A DNA stretch of 64,000 bases from an uncultured Clostridia bacterium (lineage in GTDB: Bacteria > Bacillota > Clostridia > Christensenellales > UBA1242), in assembly GCA_944384425.1 (NCBI GenBank), contig CALWTI010000002.1:448-64447 (forward strand), read 5' to 3'. Position 1 is the stretch's first letter. Each line of letters begins with the position of its first letter. The notes below the pieces were generated by a model. That model saw nothing but the letters and a program-made list of their open reading frames with translations, searched no databases and was not told the origin of the DNA. Positions 45,748 through 54,356 of this stretch are shown in pieces. A program made the position numbers and the translations under genes.

Positions 45748-45899
45748 ATTGGTGCTGGGCTAGGTACAATGTACGCGTCTGCCATTTTTCGGGGTCCCCA
45801 AAAAGTACCCACGGAAACTTTTTAGGGGAGAGGAGAAACTGAGCGAAAAGCGAAAATTTGCGAAAAGCAAATTGAAGAGATAAGCGAGAGTTTCGACGA

Positions 45900-45962
45900 A
45901 GACGCGCTTGTTTAAGGGGCAAGTTCGAAAGAGTATGGGTTCAAGTCCCGTCACTCGCACCA
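45900..45962 (+). pseudogene. Duplicated 3' fragment of tRNA-Leu(AAG), from the D-arm 3' side to the CCA
   Basis: AGACGCGCTTGTTTAAGGGGCAAGT and TATGGGTTCAAGTCCCGTCACTCGCACCA are identical to the intact gene. The variable arm is changed in a compensatory way (TC-GAAA-GA). The 5' acceptor strand and D-arm are missing. Confidence 0.8.
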
Positions 45963-45978
45963 AAAAACGCACCAAAAA

Positions 45979-46075
45979 GCTGCGAAATACTTTGTTTCTG
46001 GTGTGCCAAGCCACACAGTCATTTAGGGAACTAAACTCCTGCGTGGACTTGACACGCCGAGCCTTGTCTTTCTGG
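45979..46075 (+). repeat. Structured intergenic element, copy f (type IV arms)
   Basis: The sequence reads GCTGCGAAATACTTTGTTTCTG-GTGTGCCAAGCCACAC-AGTCATTTAGGGAACTAAACTC-CTGCGTGGACTTGACACGC-CGAGCCTTGTC. Confidence 0.75.
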
Positions 46076-46107
46076 TTTTTTGGTGGTTTTTTATTATACA
46101 TTATAAT

Positions 46108-46175
46108 ACTGCGTTTACTGCAATGCTAGGCTAGACAGTCATTTAGGTAATTAAACTCTTGAGCATTAGTATGAA
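46108..46175 (+). repeat. Degenerate copy g of the structured element
   Basis: The sequence reads ACTGCGTTTACTGC-AATGCTAGGCTAGAC-AGTCATTTAGGTAATTAAACTC-TTGAGCATT. Arm pairing is mostly lost. Confidence 0.55.
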
Positions 46176-46298
46176 GTTCCAAAAACTTATGCTTATTTTT
46201 TCGTTAAAGTATTTAAATGTTACTTTAGAAATAAAATCTTTTTGAATCTTAATGAATGCAACAAATAAATTTACTTAATCAAAATTAAATGTTATATT

Positions 46299-46742
46299 AT
46301 GTTTATGGTAAAAGTTATTAAAGCAAAGAAAGAACATTTAGATATCTTATGCGCTTTCGCAAATAAATTATGGCAAGCTGATGAAACTCAACATAAAAGT
46401 GAACTTGGCAAAATTTTGAATAGTGATTTTGCTGTGTTTTTTATTGTTTATGAAAAAAATTTGCCCGTTGGTTTTGCTCAGTGCCAACTTAGAAATGATT
46501 ATGTTGAGGGTTCAAGTAGTTCACCTGTTGGATACCTTGAGGGAATTTTTGTTGAGAAAGAGTTTCGACATAAAGGCTATGCACATAAACTTTTAGAATA
46601 TTGTGAATTTTGGGCGAAAGAAAATGGAGCAAAGGAATTTGCAAGTGATTGTGAACTTGAGAATAAAGATAGTATAAGATTTCATACTGCAGAAAATTTC
46701 AAAATAGCAAATAGAATTATGTGTTTTATTAAAAAATTATAG
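46299..46742 (+). CDS. GNAT acetyltransferase of the aminoglycoside 6'-N-acetyltransferase type I (AAC(6')-I) kind
   Basis: The 147 aa ORF reads LRNDYVEGSSSSPVGYLEGIFVEKEFRHKGYAHKLLEYCEFWAKENGAKEFASDCELENKDSIRFH. This follows the pattern conserved in AAC(6')-I enzymes. Confidence 0.7.
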   Translation: MFMVKVIKAKKEHLDILCAFANKLWQADETQHKSELGKILNSDFAVFFIVYEKNLPVGFAQCQLRNDYVEGSSSSPVGYLEGIFVEKEFRHKGYAHKLLEYCEFWAKENGAKEFASDCELENKDSIRFHTAENFKIANRIMCFIKKL

Positions 46743-46750
46743 GAGAATTT

Positions 46751-47823
46751 ATGGAAATAAATTTTAATAAAATAAAAAACGAAATAAAAAATATATTTAG
46801 TGATAATATTTTAAAAATTGTAATAAGTAATTCCAAAAATTTTGCACCTTATAAAAAAATCGACATAAAAAAAATAAATGACTATTTTTTCGTAAGTACA
46901 TACACACAAAAACAAGTATTTAATAAAAATATAAAAAATAATGAAATTGTAGATTTTATAATAGATAAATTAACAAATTATAAACAATTTAATTTCTATT
47001 CTCCAATCGCTGAATACGCTATAAGAATTACCAAAAAAAATAAAATATTTTTCACTAAAAATACAAAAGAAAATAAAATAAATGAGCAAAAAACTCAAAA
47101 TAGACAAAAAAAATATATATTCAGCGAAGGCGAAAATATTCTGCCACTTGTAGATATGGGTATTTTTACTGCTGACGGCAAAATAATAAAATCAATGTAC
47201 AACAAGTTTAAACAAATCAACAGATTTATAGAAATTATAGGTGATGCTGTTGGAAAAAGATAGACGCAAATATTGTTGGTCTTGATTTAAAACAAGATGT
47301 CATAGATAAATGCAATCAAACAGCACAAAAATATGGTTATGAAAACCTAAAATTTTATGTAGGTGACATTAAGGACTATCTTCCAAACTTTGATGTGGAT
47401 ATGGTCATCTCACTTCATGCTTGTGATACCGCCACAGACTATGCACTTTACAATGCAATAAAATGGAATGCCAAACTCATTTTCTCAGTGCCTTGTTGTC
47501 AGCACGAGGTCAACAAACAGATACAAAGTGAGAAACTCCCAATTCTTACAAGATACGGAGTAGTAAAAGAAAGACTTAGTGCACTTTTTACCGATATAAT
47601 TAGGTGCAATTTGCTAAGAAGCAAAAGTTATCATGTTGACCTTGTGGAGTTTGTAAACTTTGACATCACTCCAAAAAATTTGATAATACGCGCATACAAA
47701 ACTGATATTCCACAAAGTGTAAAAAATGAAATGTTTGATGAGGCAAAAGATTTGATGAATGAATTTAATTTCAAACAAACACTTTTTACGCTACTTAGCG
47801 AAAGTAAACCCAAAGTAGAGTAA
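46751..47823 (+). pseudogene. Class I SAM-dependent methyltransferase (Methyltransf_32-like) with an internal deletion and frameshift
   Basis: ORF 46751..47263 ends at ...[19 protein letters not shown]-stop. The next frame continues [31 protein letters not shown]...[17 protein letters not shown]...PCCQHE. The segment that normally lies between them, with the GCGK SAM-binding loop (about 40 aa), is absent. Confidence 0.65.
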
Positions 47824-47887
47824 ATTCTACACTTCTTCGGTTTAGTTTTGATGTTTTGTATAGTATAATTTTGAGTGGAGAGTAAAA

Positions 47888-48292
47888 ATGAATTTAGGTG
47901 AAACAATTTCAAAACTAAGAAAACAAAAAAATATGACGCAAAGCGAACTTGCTCAAAAACTGAATGTAACAGATAAAGCGGTGTCAAAGTGGGAAAGAAA
48001 CGTTTCTTGTCCCGATGTGTACACCATAACCAAAATTGCCGAAATTTTTAATGTTTCTGTAGACGAACTTATGTCGGCTCAAAAGTCAAGTCAAAAAAAG
48101 TTGGAGTCAAAACAAAAAGTATTAGATATTTTTCATTTGGTGTTAAAAGCGGTCGCACTTGCAATGGGTATTGCGGTGGTGGTTTTAAGCATACTTGATG
48201 ATGCAGTGGATATTAAAACTTTGATAATGTTTCTCGGCATCGGTCTTTTTGCTTTGGCACTAGCGGGATTTGATGAGAAAGGAAATAAATAG
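47888..48292 (+). CDS. XRE-family HTH protein with C-terminal transmembrane segments
   Basis: The HTH reads ISKLRKQKNMTQSELAQKLNVTDKAVSKWE. Two hydrophobic helices lie at the C-terminus. Confidence 0.8.
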   Translation: MNLGETISKLRKQKNMTQSELAQKLNVTDKAVSKWERNVSCPDVYTITKIAEIFNVSVDELMSAQKSSQKKLESKQKVLDIFHLVLKAVALAMGIAVVVLSILDDAVDIKTLIMFLGIGLFALALAGFDEKGNK

Positions 48293-48341
48293 CGCTGTCA
48301 TTACAGTTGACAAAAAGCAAAAAACAATTTAATATAAAGTT

Positions 48342-49175
48342 ATGGAAAATGAGTTTTTAGTTGATGACCTTGAAGTTCAAAAAGATGCACTCCCACAAGG
48401 AAAGAGTGTTGATGTTTTTAACGCACTTTCTATTGCAGATGAAAGTTTGGGGAAGTTGTATATTGAACAGGGATATAATCCATATGGTGAAAATTTTGTT
48501 TTGACAGAAGACTATGCCAGTGAAATTTTGCACAACAAGGTCGATGCTAGTGAACAAAGTCAAAGTTTTTTGGAGCAGTCAAATAGTGAAATTTCAAAAA
48601 ACTTCACCACAGCACTTGAAAATGGCACTAGTTTAGTTACGGCACTTGAAAATGAACAGTTTGTGACAAGCGATGCAAAACTCAAAGAACAAATAGGCAA
48701 GACAATAGTTTCGCTTAAAAACAGGAGCGAACTTTTGAAACTTGACATAACAAAACTTAAACAAAAAGACGCCAATGCAATAAAGATGTATATTGAACTT
48801 TATGGAATGGACGGCGAACTTGGTGAACTTTTGAAAGACACCTTCACCGAAAAGGCAAACATGCAGGCACTTATTTTGCAGTTTATGGCACTCATTCAAA
48901 AGCGTGCGGGTACTGTTTATGCCAAGGCGCAAAGTTTGAAAAATAAAGTTATGGACAACGCAACATTGAAGAGAGAGATTGACAAGGCGGTTGAGCAGTC
49001 CAAGGCAGAAGATATGCGTAGACAAGCCGAGATACAAGAAAATCTAAGAAAAGAAAGAGAAGAGCAAGAATTGCAAGAGAAGCAAGAGCAGGAAGAAAGG
49101 CAAAGAGAGGAAGAACAACAAAAACAAAATCAGCAAGACACACAAAAGTCAAACGACGAAGAATTTAGTAGATAA
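48342..49175 (+). CDS. Hypothetical coiled-coil protein with an E/Q-rich tail
   Basis: The 277 aa ORF was not assigned to a family. The tail reads REEQELQEKQEQEERQREEEQQKQNQQ. Confidence 0.55.
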   Translation: MENEFLVDDLEVQKDALPQGKSVDVFNALSIADESLGKLYIEQGYNPYGENFVLTEDYASEILHNKVDASEQSQSFLEQSNSEISKNFTTALENGTSLVTALENEQFVTSDAKLKEQIGKTIVSLKNRSELLKLDITKLKQKDANAIKMYIELYGMDGELGELLKDTFTEKANMQALILQFMALIQKRAGTVYAKAQSLKNKVMDNATLKREIDKAVEQSKAEDMRRQAEIQENLRKEREEQELQEKQEQEERQREEEQQKQNQQDTQKSNDEEFSR

Positions 49176-49188
49176 TACAAAAAAATAA

Positions 49189-49217
49189 TTGACAAACATA
49201 TATGTTTATGATAATAT
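49189..49217 (+). promoter_or_regulatory. Putative sigma-A promoter of rpmG-secE-nusG
   Basis: TTGACA (49189..49194), a 17 nt spacer and TAATAT (49212..49217) are present, with an extended -10 TG. Confidence 0.55.
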
Positions 49218-49281
49218 AGCCCTGCACCATAAAAAGCGGGTGCTATTTTTTAAGTAATAACTTATTTTAAGGAGAAATATT

Positions 49282-49443
49282 ATGGCAAATCCAAAGAGAG
49301 CATTAGTAACACTTGCCTGCACAGAGTGCAAAGAGCGTAACTATTCAACAAGCAAAAACAAGAAAAATCAAGCTGAGAGAATAGAGATGCAAAAATATTG
49401 CCCAAGGTGTAACAAACACACACTTCACAAAGAAACCAAGTAA
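49282..49443 (+). CDS. rpmG: 50S ribosomal protein L33
   Basis: This ORF is too short for the track. My translation is [53 protein letters not shown]. An RBS AAGGAG is present. Confidence 0.92.
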   Translation: MANPKRALVTLACTECKERNYSTSKNKKNQAERIEMQKYCPRCNKHTLHKETK

Positions 49444-49454
49444 GGAGATGTTTC

Positions 49455-49844
49455 ATGGCAAAGAAAAACAAAAAAGTCCAACAAAATGTAGAGGAAAAGG
49501 TAGATGGCGAAGTTGTTGAATCTTCCTTGGCAGAAACACAAGAGCCAAAAGACGAGCAAAAAAACGAGCAAGTCGCAAAGTCCAAAGACGACAAAAAAGT
49601 CGACAGCAAAAAAGACAAGCAAAAAAGCAAAAAGCAAAAAGTAAAGAAACAATCAAAAACTGCTAAAAGAATAAAAGAAACAACAAGCGAACTCAAAAAA
49701 GTCACTTGGCCAACTTTTGGCACAGTTGTCAAAAAGACAGGTGTTGTTTTGGCAGTAGTTATCATTTTTGCAGTTATACTTTTTGGTATTGATAGGCTAC
49801 TTGCGTGGTTGTTTGAACTTTTGACAACATCTATGGCAGGTTGA
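49455..49844 (+). CDS. secE: Preprotein translocase subunit SecE with a charged N-terminal extension of about 70 aa
   Basis: The C-terminal region TSELKKVTWPTFGTVVKKTGVVLAVVIIFAVILFGIDRL is SecE-like. The position between rpmG and nusG is conserved. Confidence 0.88.
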   Translation: MAKKNKKVQQNVEEKVDGEVVESSLAETQEPKDEQKNEQVAKSKDDKKVDSKKDKQKSKKQKVKKQSKTAKRIKETTSELKKVTWPTFGTVVKKTGVVLAVVIIFAVILFGIDRLLAWLFELLTTSMAG

Positions 49845-49857
49845 TAAGGAGAAAGTT

Positions 49858-50406
49858 ATGGAAAATGTTGATGTTGATAAAATAGAACCAAAGTGGTATG
49901 TCATTCACACCTACACAGGTTATGAAAATGTCGCAAAAGAAAACCTTGAAACCATGGCTACAAAATACGGACTTGAAGATAGGATTATGGACATTGTCAT
50001 TCCTATGGAAAATGTAATTCAAGAAAAAAATGGCAAGAAAAAACTTGTTCAAAGAAAGACAATGCCAGGATATCTCCTTGTCAAAATGCGTTACGCTGAT
50101 GACATTTGGCACAATGTGACGCTTACTCACGGAGTAACAGGCTTCACAGGACCAAAAGGTAGACCACTTTCGCTCACAGACGATGAAGTCAAGCGTATGC
50201 ACCTTGAGCGTGTAACCGTTGAAGTTGACCTTGAAGTTGGCGACAAAGTTGAAGTCATTGATGGGCCACTTTCAAGCATGGTGGGAACTGTTGTTGAGAT
50301 TGATAAAGAAACATCAAGATGCAAAGTCAGTGTTGAGATGTTTGGTCGTGACACAGTTGTTGACCTTGATTACACACAGATAATAAAAATTAAAGATAAT
50401 AATTAA
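49858..50406 (+). CDS. nusG: Transcription termination/antitermination factor NusG
   Basis: WYVIHTYTGYENVAKENL is present. The KOW motif reads GDKVEVIDGPLSSMVGTVVEID. Confidence 0.95.
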   Translation: MENVDVDKIEPKWYVIHTYTGYENVAKENLETMATKYGLEDRIMDIVIPMENVIQEKNGKKKLVQRKTMPGYLLVKMRYADDIWHNVTLTHGVTGFTGPKGRPLSLTDDEVKRMHLERVTVEVDLEVGDKVEVIDGPLSSMVGTVVEIDKETSRCKVSVEMFGRDTVVDLDYTQIIKIKDNN

Positions 50407-50506
50407 TAATTTAGGTTTTTTCAAGGCAATGCCTTGTTAAAATAAATAACGTGGGAGAGATGTAAATTTTGCATGCATCTCAATATTCACCACATAGGAG
50501 GAAATT

Positions 50507-50935
50507 ATGCCAGCAAAAAAATTAACGGCAGTTGTAAAACTTCAATTGCCAGCCGGAAAAGCAACAGCCGGTCCACCAGTTGGTTCTTCTCTTGGACCAC
50601 ACGGTGTAAACAGTGTGCAGTTTGTTAAGGAGTTTAATGAAAAAACTGCAAGCCAAGCGGGACTTATTATCCCAGTGGTTATTTCAATTTATCAAGATAG
50701 GTCATATGACTTTGTTTTGAAAACACCACCAGCAGCAGTGCTTATTAAAAAGGCACTCGGAATCGAGTCAGGCTCAGGCAAGCCAAACAAACAAAAAGTC
50801 GGAAAACTCACCCTTGACCAAGTTCGTGAAATTGCAACAACAAAGATGCCAGACCTTAACGCATCAAGTGTTGAACAAGCAATGGAAATGATAAAGGGAA
50901 CAGCACGCAGTATGGGCGTGACAGTTGAAGAGTAG
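50507..50935 (+). CDS. rplK: 50S ribosomal protein L11
   Basis: The sequence begins [35 protein letters not shown]. Confidence 0.97.
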   Translation: MPAKKLTAVVKLQLPAGKATAGPPVGSSLGPHGVNSVQFVKEFNEKTASQAGLIIPVVISIYQDRSYDFVLKTPPAAVLIKKALGIESGSGKPNKQKVGKLTLDQVREIATTKMPDLNASSVEQAMEMIKGTARSMGVTVEE

Positions 50936-50946
50936 AGGAGGCGCAA

Positions 50947-51627
50947 ATGAAAGGTAAGAGATATTCACAAGCAAAAAGCCAAATCGAAAACAGACTTTAT
51001 GATGTTGAAGAAGGCTTCGCTCTCTTAGAGAGTTTGCCAAAGGCAAAGTTTGACGAAACAGTTGAACTTCATGTTCGCCTTGGCGTTGATGGTAGAAATG
51101 CCGACCAACAAGTTCGTGGAGTTGTTGTTCTTCCAAATGGAACAGGTAAGAGCGTTAAAGTTTTGGTCATCGCCAAAGGTGAAAAAGCTAAAGAAGCTGA
51201 AGAAGCAGGCGCAGATTATGTTGGAGCAGAAGAAATTGTTCAAAAAATCCAAACACAAAACTGGCTTGACTTTGATGTCTGCATAACAACACCAGATATG
51301 ATGGGCGTTGTTGGTAGAATAGCAAGAATTTTGGGACCAAAAGGACTTATGCCAAACCCAAAGAGTGGAACAGTTACAATGGATGTCAAAAAAGCAATTC
51401 ATGATGTCAAAGCAGGTAAAGTTGAATACCGTTTGGACAAAGGTAACAATGTCCATGTTGTAATTGGAAAAGTTAGCTTTGGAAAAGACAAACTCGTTGA
51501 AAACTACAACACACTTATGTCAGCACTCATAAAAGCAAAGCCAGCATCAGCAAAAGGACAATATATCCGTAATGTTGTTGTTGCAACTACTATGGGCGCT
51601 GGGGTTAAACTCTCAACAAGAGCCTAA
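50947..51627 (+). CDS. rplA: 50S ribosomal protein L1
   Basis: [24 protein letters not shown] is present, and [16 protein letters not shown] follows later. Confidence 0.97.
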   Translation: MKGKRYSQAKSQIENRLYDVEEGFALLESLPKAKFDETVELHVRLGVDGRNADQQVRGVVVLPNGTGKSVKVLVIAKGEKAKEAEEAGADYVGAEEIVQKIQTQNWLDFDVCITTPDMMGVVGRIARILGPKGLMPNPKSGTVTMDVKKAIHDVKAGKVEYRLDKGNNVHVVIGKVSFGKDKLVENYNTLMSALIKAKPASAKGQYIRNVVVATTMGAGVKLSTRA

Positions 51628-51631
51628 TTAT

Positions 51632-51765
51632 TAGACTGCCGAAAGACTTCGCAATACGTCGTTTACTGCCATGCCGTGCCACACAGTCGTTTAGGGAACT
51701 AAACTCGTGCGTGTCACGACATGTCGAGCCTCGTCTTGCTAGGTTTTTGTCAGTCTATTTTTTTT
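51632..51765 (+). repeat. Structured intergenic element, copy h (type I arms)
   Basis: The outer stem pairs TAGACTGCCGAAA with TTTTTGTCAGTCTA and is followed by T8. The core reads CTTCGCAATACGTCGTTTACTGC-CATGCCGTGCCACAC-AGTCGTTTAGGGAACTAAACTC-GTGCGTGTCACGACATG-TCGAGCCTCGTC. Confidence 0.8.
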
Positions 51766-51772
51766 AGTGCTT

Positions 51773-51840
51773 GCCGAAAACCGTCGCAATACTTTGTTTC
51801 TGCTACAAAGCAAAATATAAGAACATTGCTTTGCAGTTTG
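51773..51840 (+). repeat. Short variant (copy i) of the structured element
   Basis: The sequence reads GCCGAAAACCGTCGCAATACTTTGTTTCTGC, then the simple hairpin TACAAAGCAA-loop-TTGCTTTGCA. The conserved loop and the CGAGCCTCG tail are absent. Confidence 0.55.
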
Positions 51841-51881
51841 AAAAAATACCGTGAGAAATTCACGATATTTTTTTATTTTCT

Positions 51882-52199
51882 TTATTTCAACTTCTTCATA
51901 AGGTCCAAAACTATTTGCTTGTTTTCACTTGATAGAGAATGATAAAGTTCTAACACGTTTTTGTCATCTTTGTTGAAGTCTTTGCCTAAGTAGAAAAAAT
52001 CTAAAATTGATATGTCAACAAGGTCACAAAACTCCAAAAGAGTTCTCACTTTAAGTTCAACACTTTTGTTTTCTATTCGTTTCATAAACTGTTCGCTGTA
52101 TCCAAGTCGCAAACTTGTTTCTCTCGCTGACAAATTTGCGTTATTTCTAAAAAACCCAATTCTGTTTATTATGTCGTCATATGTAATTTTTTTACTCAT
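51882..52199 (-). CDS. XRE-family HTH transcriptional regulator (cassette B)
   Basis: NRIGFFRNNANLSARETSLRLGYSEQFMKRIENK is present. It is a paralog of 31503..31835. An RBS AGGTGA lies 5 nt before the ATG at 52199. The track start at 52208 is a GTG. Confidence 0.8.
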   Translation of the reverse strand: MSKKITYDDIINRIGFFRNNANLSARETSLRLGYSEQFMKRIENKSVELKVRTLLEFCDLVDISILDFFYLGKDFNKDDKNVLELYHSLSSENKQIVLDLMKKLK

Positions 52200-52372
52200 A
52201 ATGGTCACCTATTTTCTATTTTTAGTTTAACCTATTATGGTATTTTTATTGCGACACCTAGCGACCAAAACAATACAAAAATGTATCATAGTCAATCATA
52301 CAATGTCTGATTTTGTATTTTTTTTGTTTAAAAATGGTTGATTGATTATCTCAAAGGTGCTATTATCATACT

Positions 52373-52831
52373 ATGAGTGAAGAAAAAGTATGCTTATTTT
52401 ACGGGAGCAAAAGCGTTAAATACAAAGACAAGACAAAGAGCGCTTTACAAAAATTTGTTAAACAATTGATTGATGAGGGCTATAACACTTTTTGTTTTTT
52501 TCTTAATGACAATTTCACTAAAATTGCCGATGAAGTGGTCAAACAGTTTGCTAAGGACAACGCAAAGATAAAAATGGAACATTATTATAATATAATAAAA
52601 AATTACTCAAAAATAAATTTGATTGATGATATAACCAAAAAATCAAATATTTTGAAGACGCTAGTTGAATGTATTGGTGAGGTAGTAATAAATAATTGTC
52701 AATGTGTCGTTTTTTATATTTTCAACGAGAAAAATTTTGATGTCCTAAATGTTTACAATTACGCAAAAAAGCAGGGCATAAAGAGCTACAACATTTGCAA
52801 CTTTATGTATGAAGAGCATTATTTTGATTAA
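52373..52831 (+). CDS. SLOG/DUF1273-like protein, a divergent relative of 30658..31107 (cassette B)
   Basis: The 152 aa ORF reads CLFYGSKSV...LQKFVKQLIDEGYNTFCFFLNDNFTKIADEVVKQF...CQCVVFYIFNE...YNYAKKQGIKSYNI. It has the same layout as cassette A and the same divergent pairing with an XRE gene. The assignment is weak. Confidence 0.45.
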   Translation: MSEEKVCLFYGSKSVKYKDKTKSALQKFVKQLIDEGYNTFCFFLNDNFTKIADEVVKQFAKDNAKIKMEHYYNIIKNYSKINLIDDITKKSNILKTLVECIGEVVINNCQCVVFYIFNEKNFDVLNVYNYAKKQGIKSYNICNFMYEEHYFD

Positions 52832-52833
52832 AA

Positions 52834-54174
52834 TTAAAATTCAATGCGACCAATCATATTTGCGCCAAGGTCTTTATTATATAGTGAGTTGTTGGCAAAA
52901 GCGATTTCATAATATTTATTGTCGTTTACTTTGTTACAAAGCGAGATATAAACGGTGTAATTTTGTTTTTGAGGCAACTGTGTCAAACTAAGGTGCAACT
53001 TTTTTTCGCCGTTATATTTTCCGCAAACATATTCATACTCATTGCCACTTTCGTCAACAAAAATTATTACAATATCTTTTTCACGGACATAGTTTGAAAA
53101 GCCGTCATTTTGAATTGTCAAATCAATTTCAAGTTTTTTAAACTCTGAGTTGTAGCGAAAGACGGAGTTTGAAAGTGTCAATCTATATCCAAGGTGTGAT
53201 GCGATGTAGTCGTATGCCGTTGTGTCTTCATAGTTTGTGTTTTGCCATAAAGATATGACTTTTTCGTCATATTCATAATTTAAATATGACAAATTAAGCG
53301 CATACATCTCGTCAAGACAGTCAGGGAAGTCGTTTAGTCCAATTTCAGAAGATAAAGCTTCACCACCATATGCAGATGATTTTATGTTGTTTTGTATCCA
53401 CTCAATTTCACTTTGCCTATTTGTGTATGTACCCATGTCACTATCTGTCGACAAAAAGGCGTCGTTAAACAAGCCAAGTCTTGAAGTTTTTTCATCTGCA
53501 ACAAAATCATATGTTGTTATATCTTCATAACTTATGCCAAGATAGTCATAAATCATTTTTGGAGTGCGAACAAGGATGTTGGTATTTGGTGCATATTCAA
53601 GCCATGCGTCAATGACTGCATTTATGTTACTAGGCGTTGCAATGTCACTTGAATGCATTTCTCCCCATGGACCAATCATGCCCGCTTCTACGGCTGTCAC
53701 CACCAAATAGTTGTCGTTTATTATTTCAGCAAGTTGTTTTATATGTGAAATTATTGTGTCCATTTGTGGTTCGGCGTTAATGTTACCTTCAAAGTAACTG
53801 TCATAACTAAATCTAAGTATGACATTTTTTTGATTGTCAAAATAAAACTTTAAGGCACTGTCAAGCGTTCTTTGTGCTTGCGAAGAAATTTGTGGCGATA
53901 ACTGTGATATGTCAATTCTCAAATGGTACATTTGAAAGTCGTCGTAAAGAGCAGGGGTGAATGTTCCACCGTCATCTTCAAGTCTTATAAACACAGTCCT
54001 ATAAAATCCTTGGTCTGGGTTCTGAACAAAGCTGTTTGTTTGTGTGTAGTCAATATCTTGATAATAGTTTTCAAGGTTTTTAGGCCAAAACATCAAAAGA
54101 AGAGCTATTATAAATATAAATAGAATAAAAAGAGAAAAAGCAGTTATTAGAAAAAATTTTTTCAATGTCTTCAT
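52834..54174 (-). CDS. Membrane-anchored extracellular protein, possibly glycoside-hydrolase-like (DUF4874/DUF4832-type)
   Basis: The signal anchor reads MKTLKKFFLITAFSLFILFIFIIALLLMF and starts at the ATG at 54174. The domain call comes only from the general resemblance of GFYRTVFIRL...GPWGEMH... and is weak. Confidence 0.45.
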   Translation of the reverse strand: MKTLKKFFLITAFSLFILFIFIIALLLMFWPKNLENYYQDIDYTQTNSFVQNPDQGFYRTVFIRLEDDGGTFTPALYDDFQMYHLRIDISQLSPQISSQAQRTLDSALKFYFDNQKNVILRFSYDSYFEGNINAEPQMDTIISHIKQLAEIINDNYLVVTAVEAGMIGPWGEMHSSDIATPSNINAVIDAWLEYAPNTNILVRTPKMIYDYLGISYEDITTYDFVADEKTSRLGLFNDAFLSTDSDMGTYTNRQSEIEWIQNNIKSSAYGGEALSSEIGLNDFPDCLDEMYALNLSYLNYEYDEKVISLWQNTNYEDTTAYDYIASHLGYRLTLSNSVFRYNSEFKKLEIDLTIQNDGFSNYVREKDIVIIFVDESGNEYEYVCGKYNGEKKLHLSLTQLPQKQNYTVYISLCNKVNDNKYYEIAFANNSLYNKDLGANMIGRIEF

Positions 54175-54356
54175 AGTTATAAGTATATTAAAAATATATA
54201 ATGTTGGCAAATATTGAAAAATATATTTTATAAAAGATTTTAACAATAAAGGTTAAAAATACATAAATTCAAGGGAGAGTGCCTCAAAAAAAAACATATA
54301 AAATAGCTTTACTTAAATGTTTATATTATGGTATTCTAAACTTGGAGGGAAAGATT

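Noticed and set aside
50410-50506. L11/L1 autoregulatory leader upstream of rplK (hairpin GAGATG...CATCTC)
   Set aside because: A hairpin is visible, but I cannot tie it to a defined conserved leader motif from the sequence alone.
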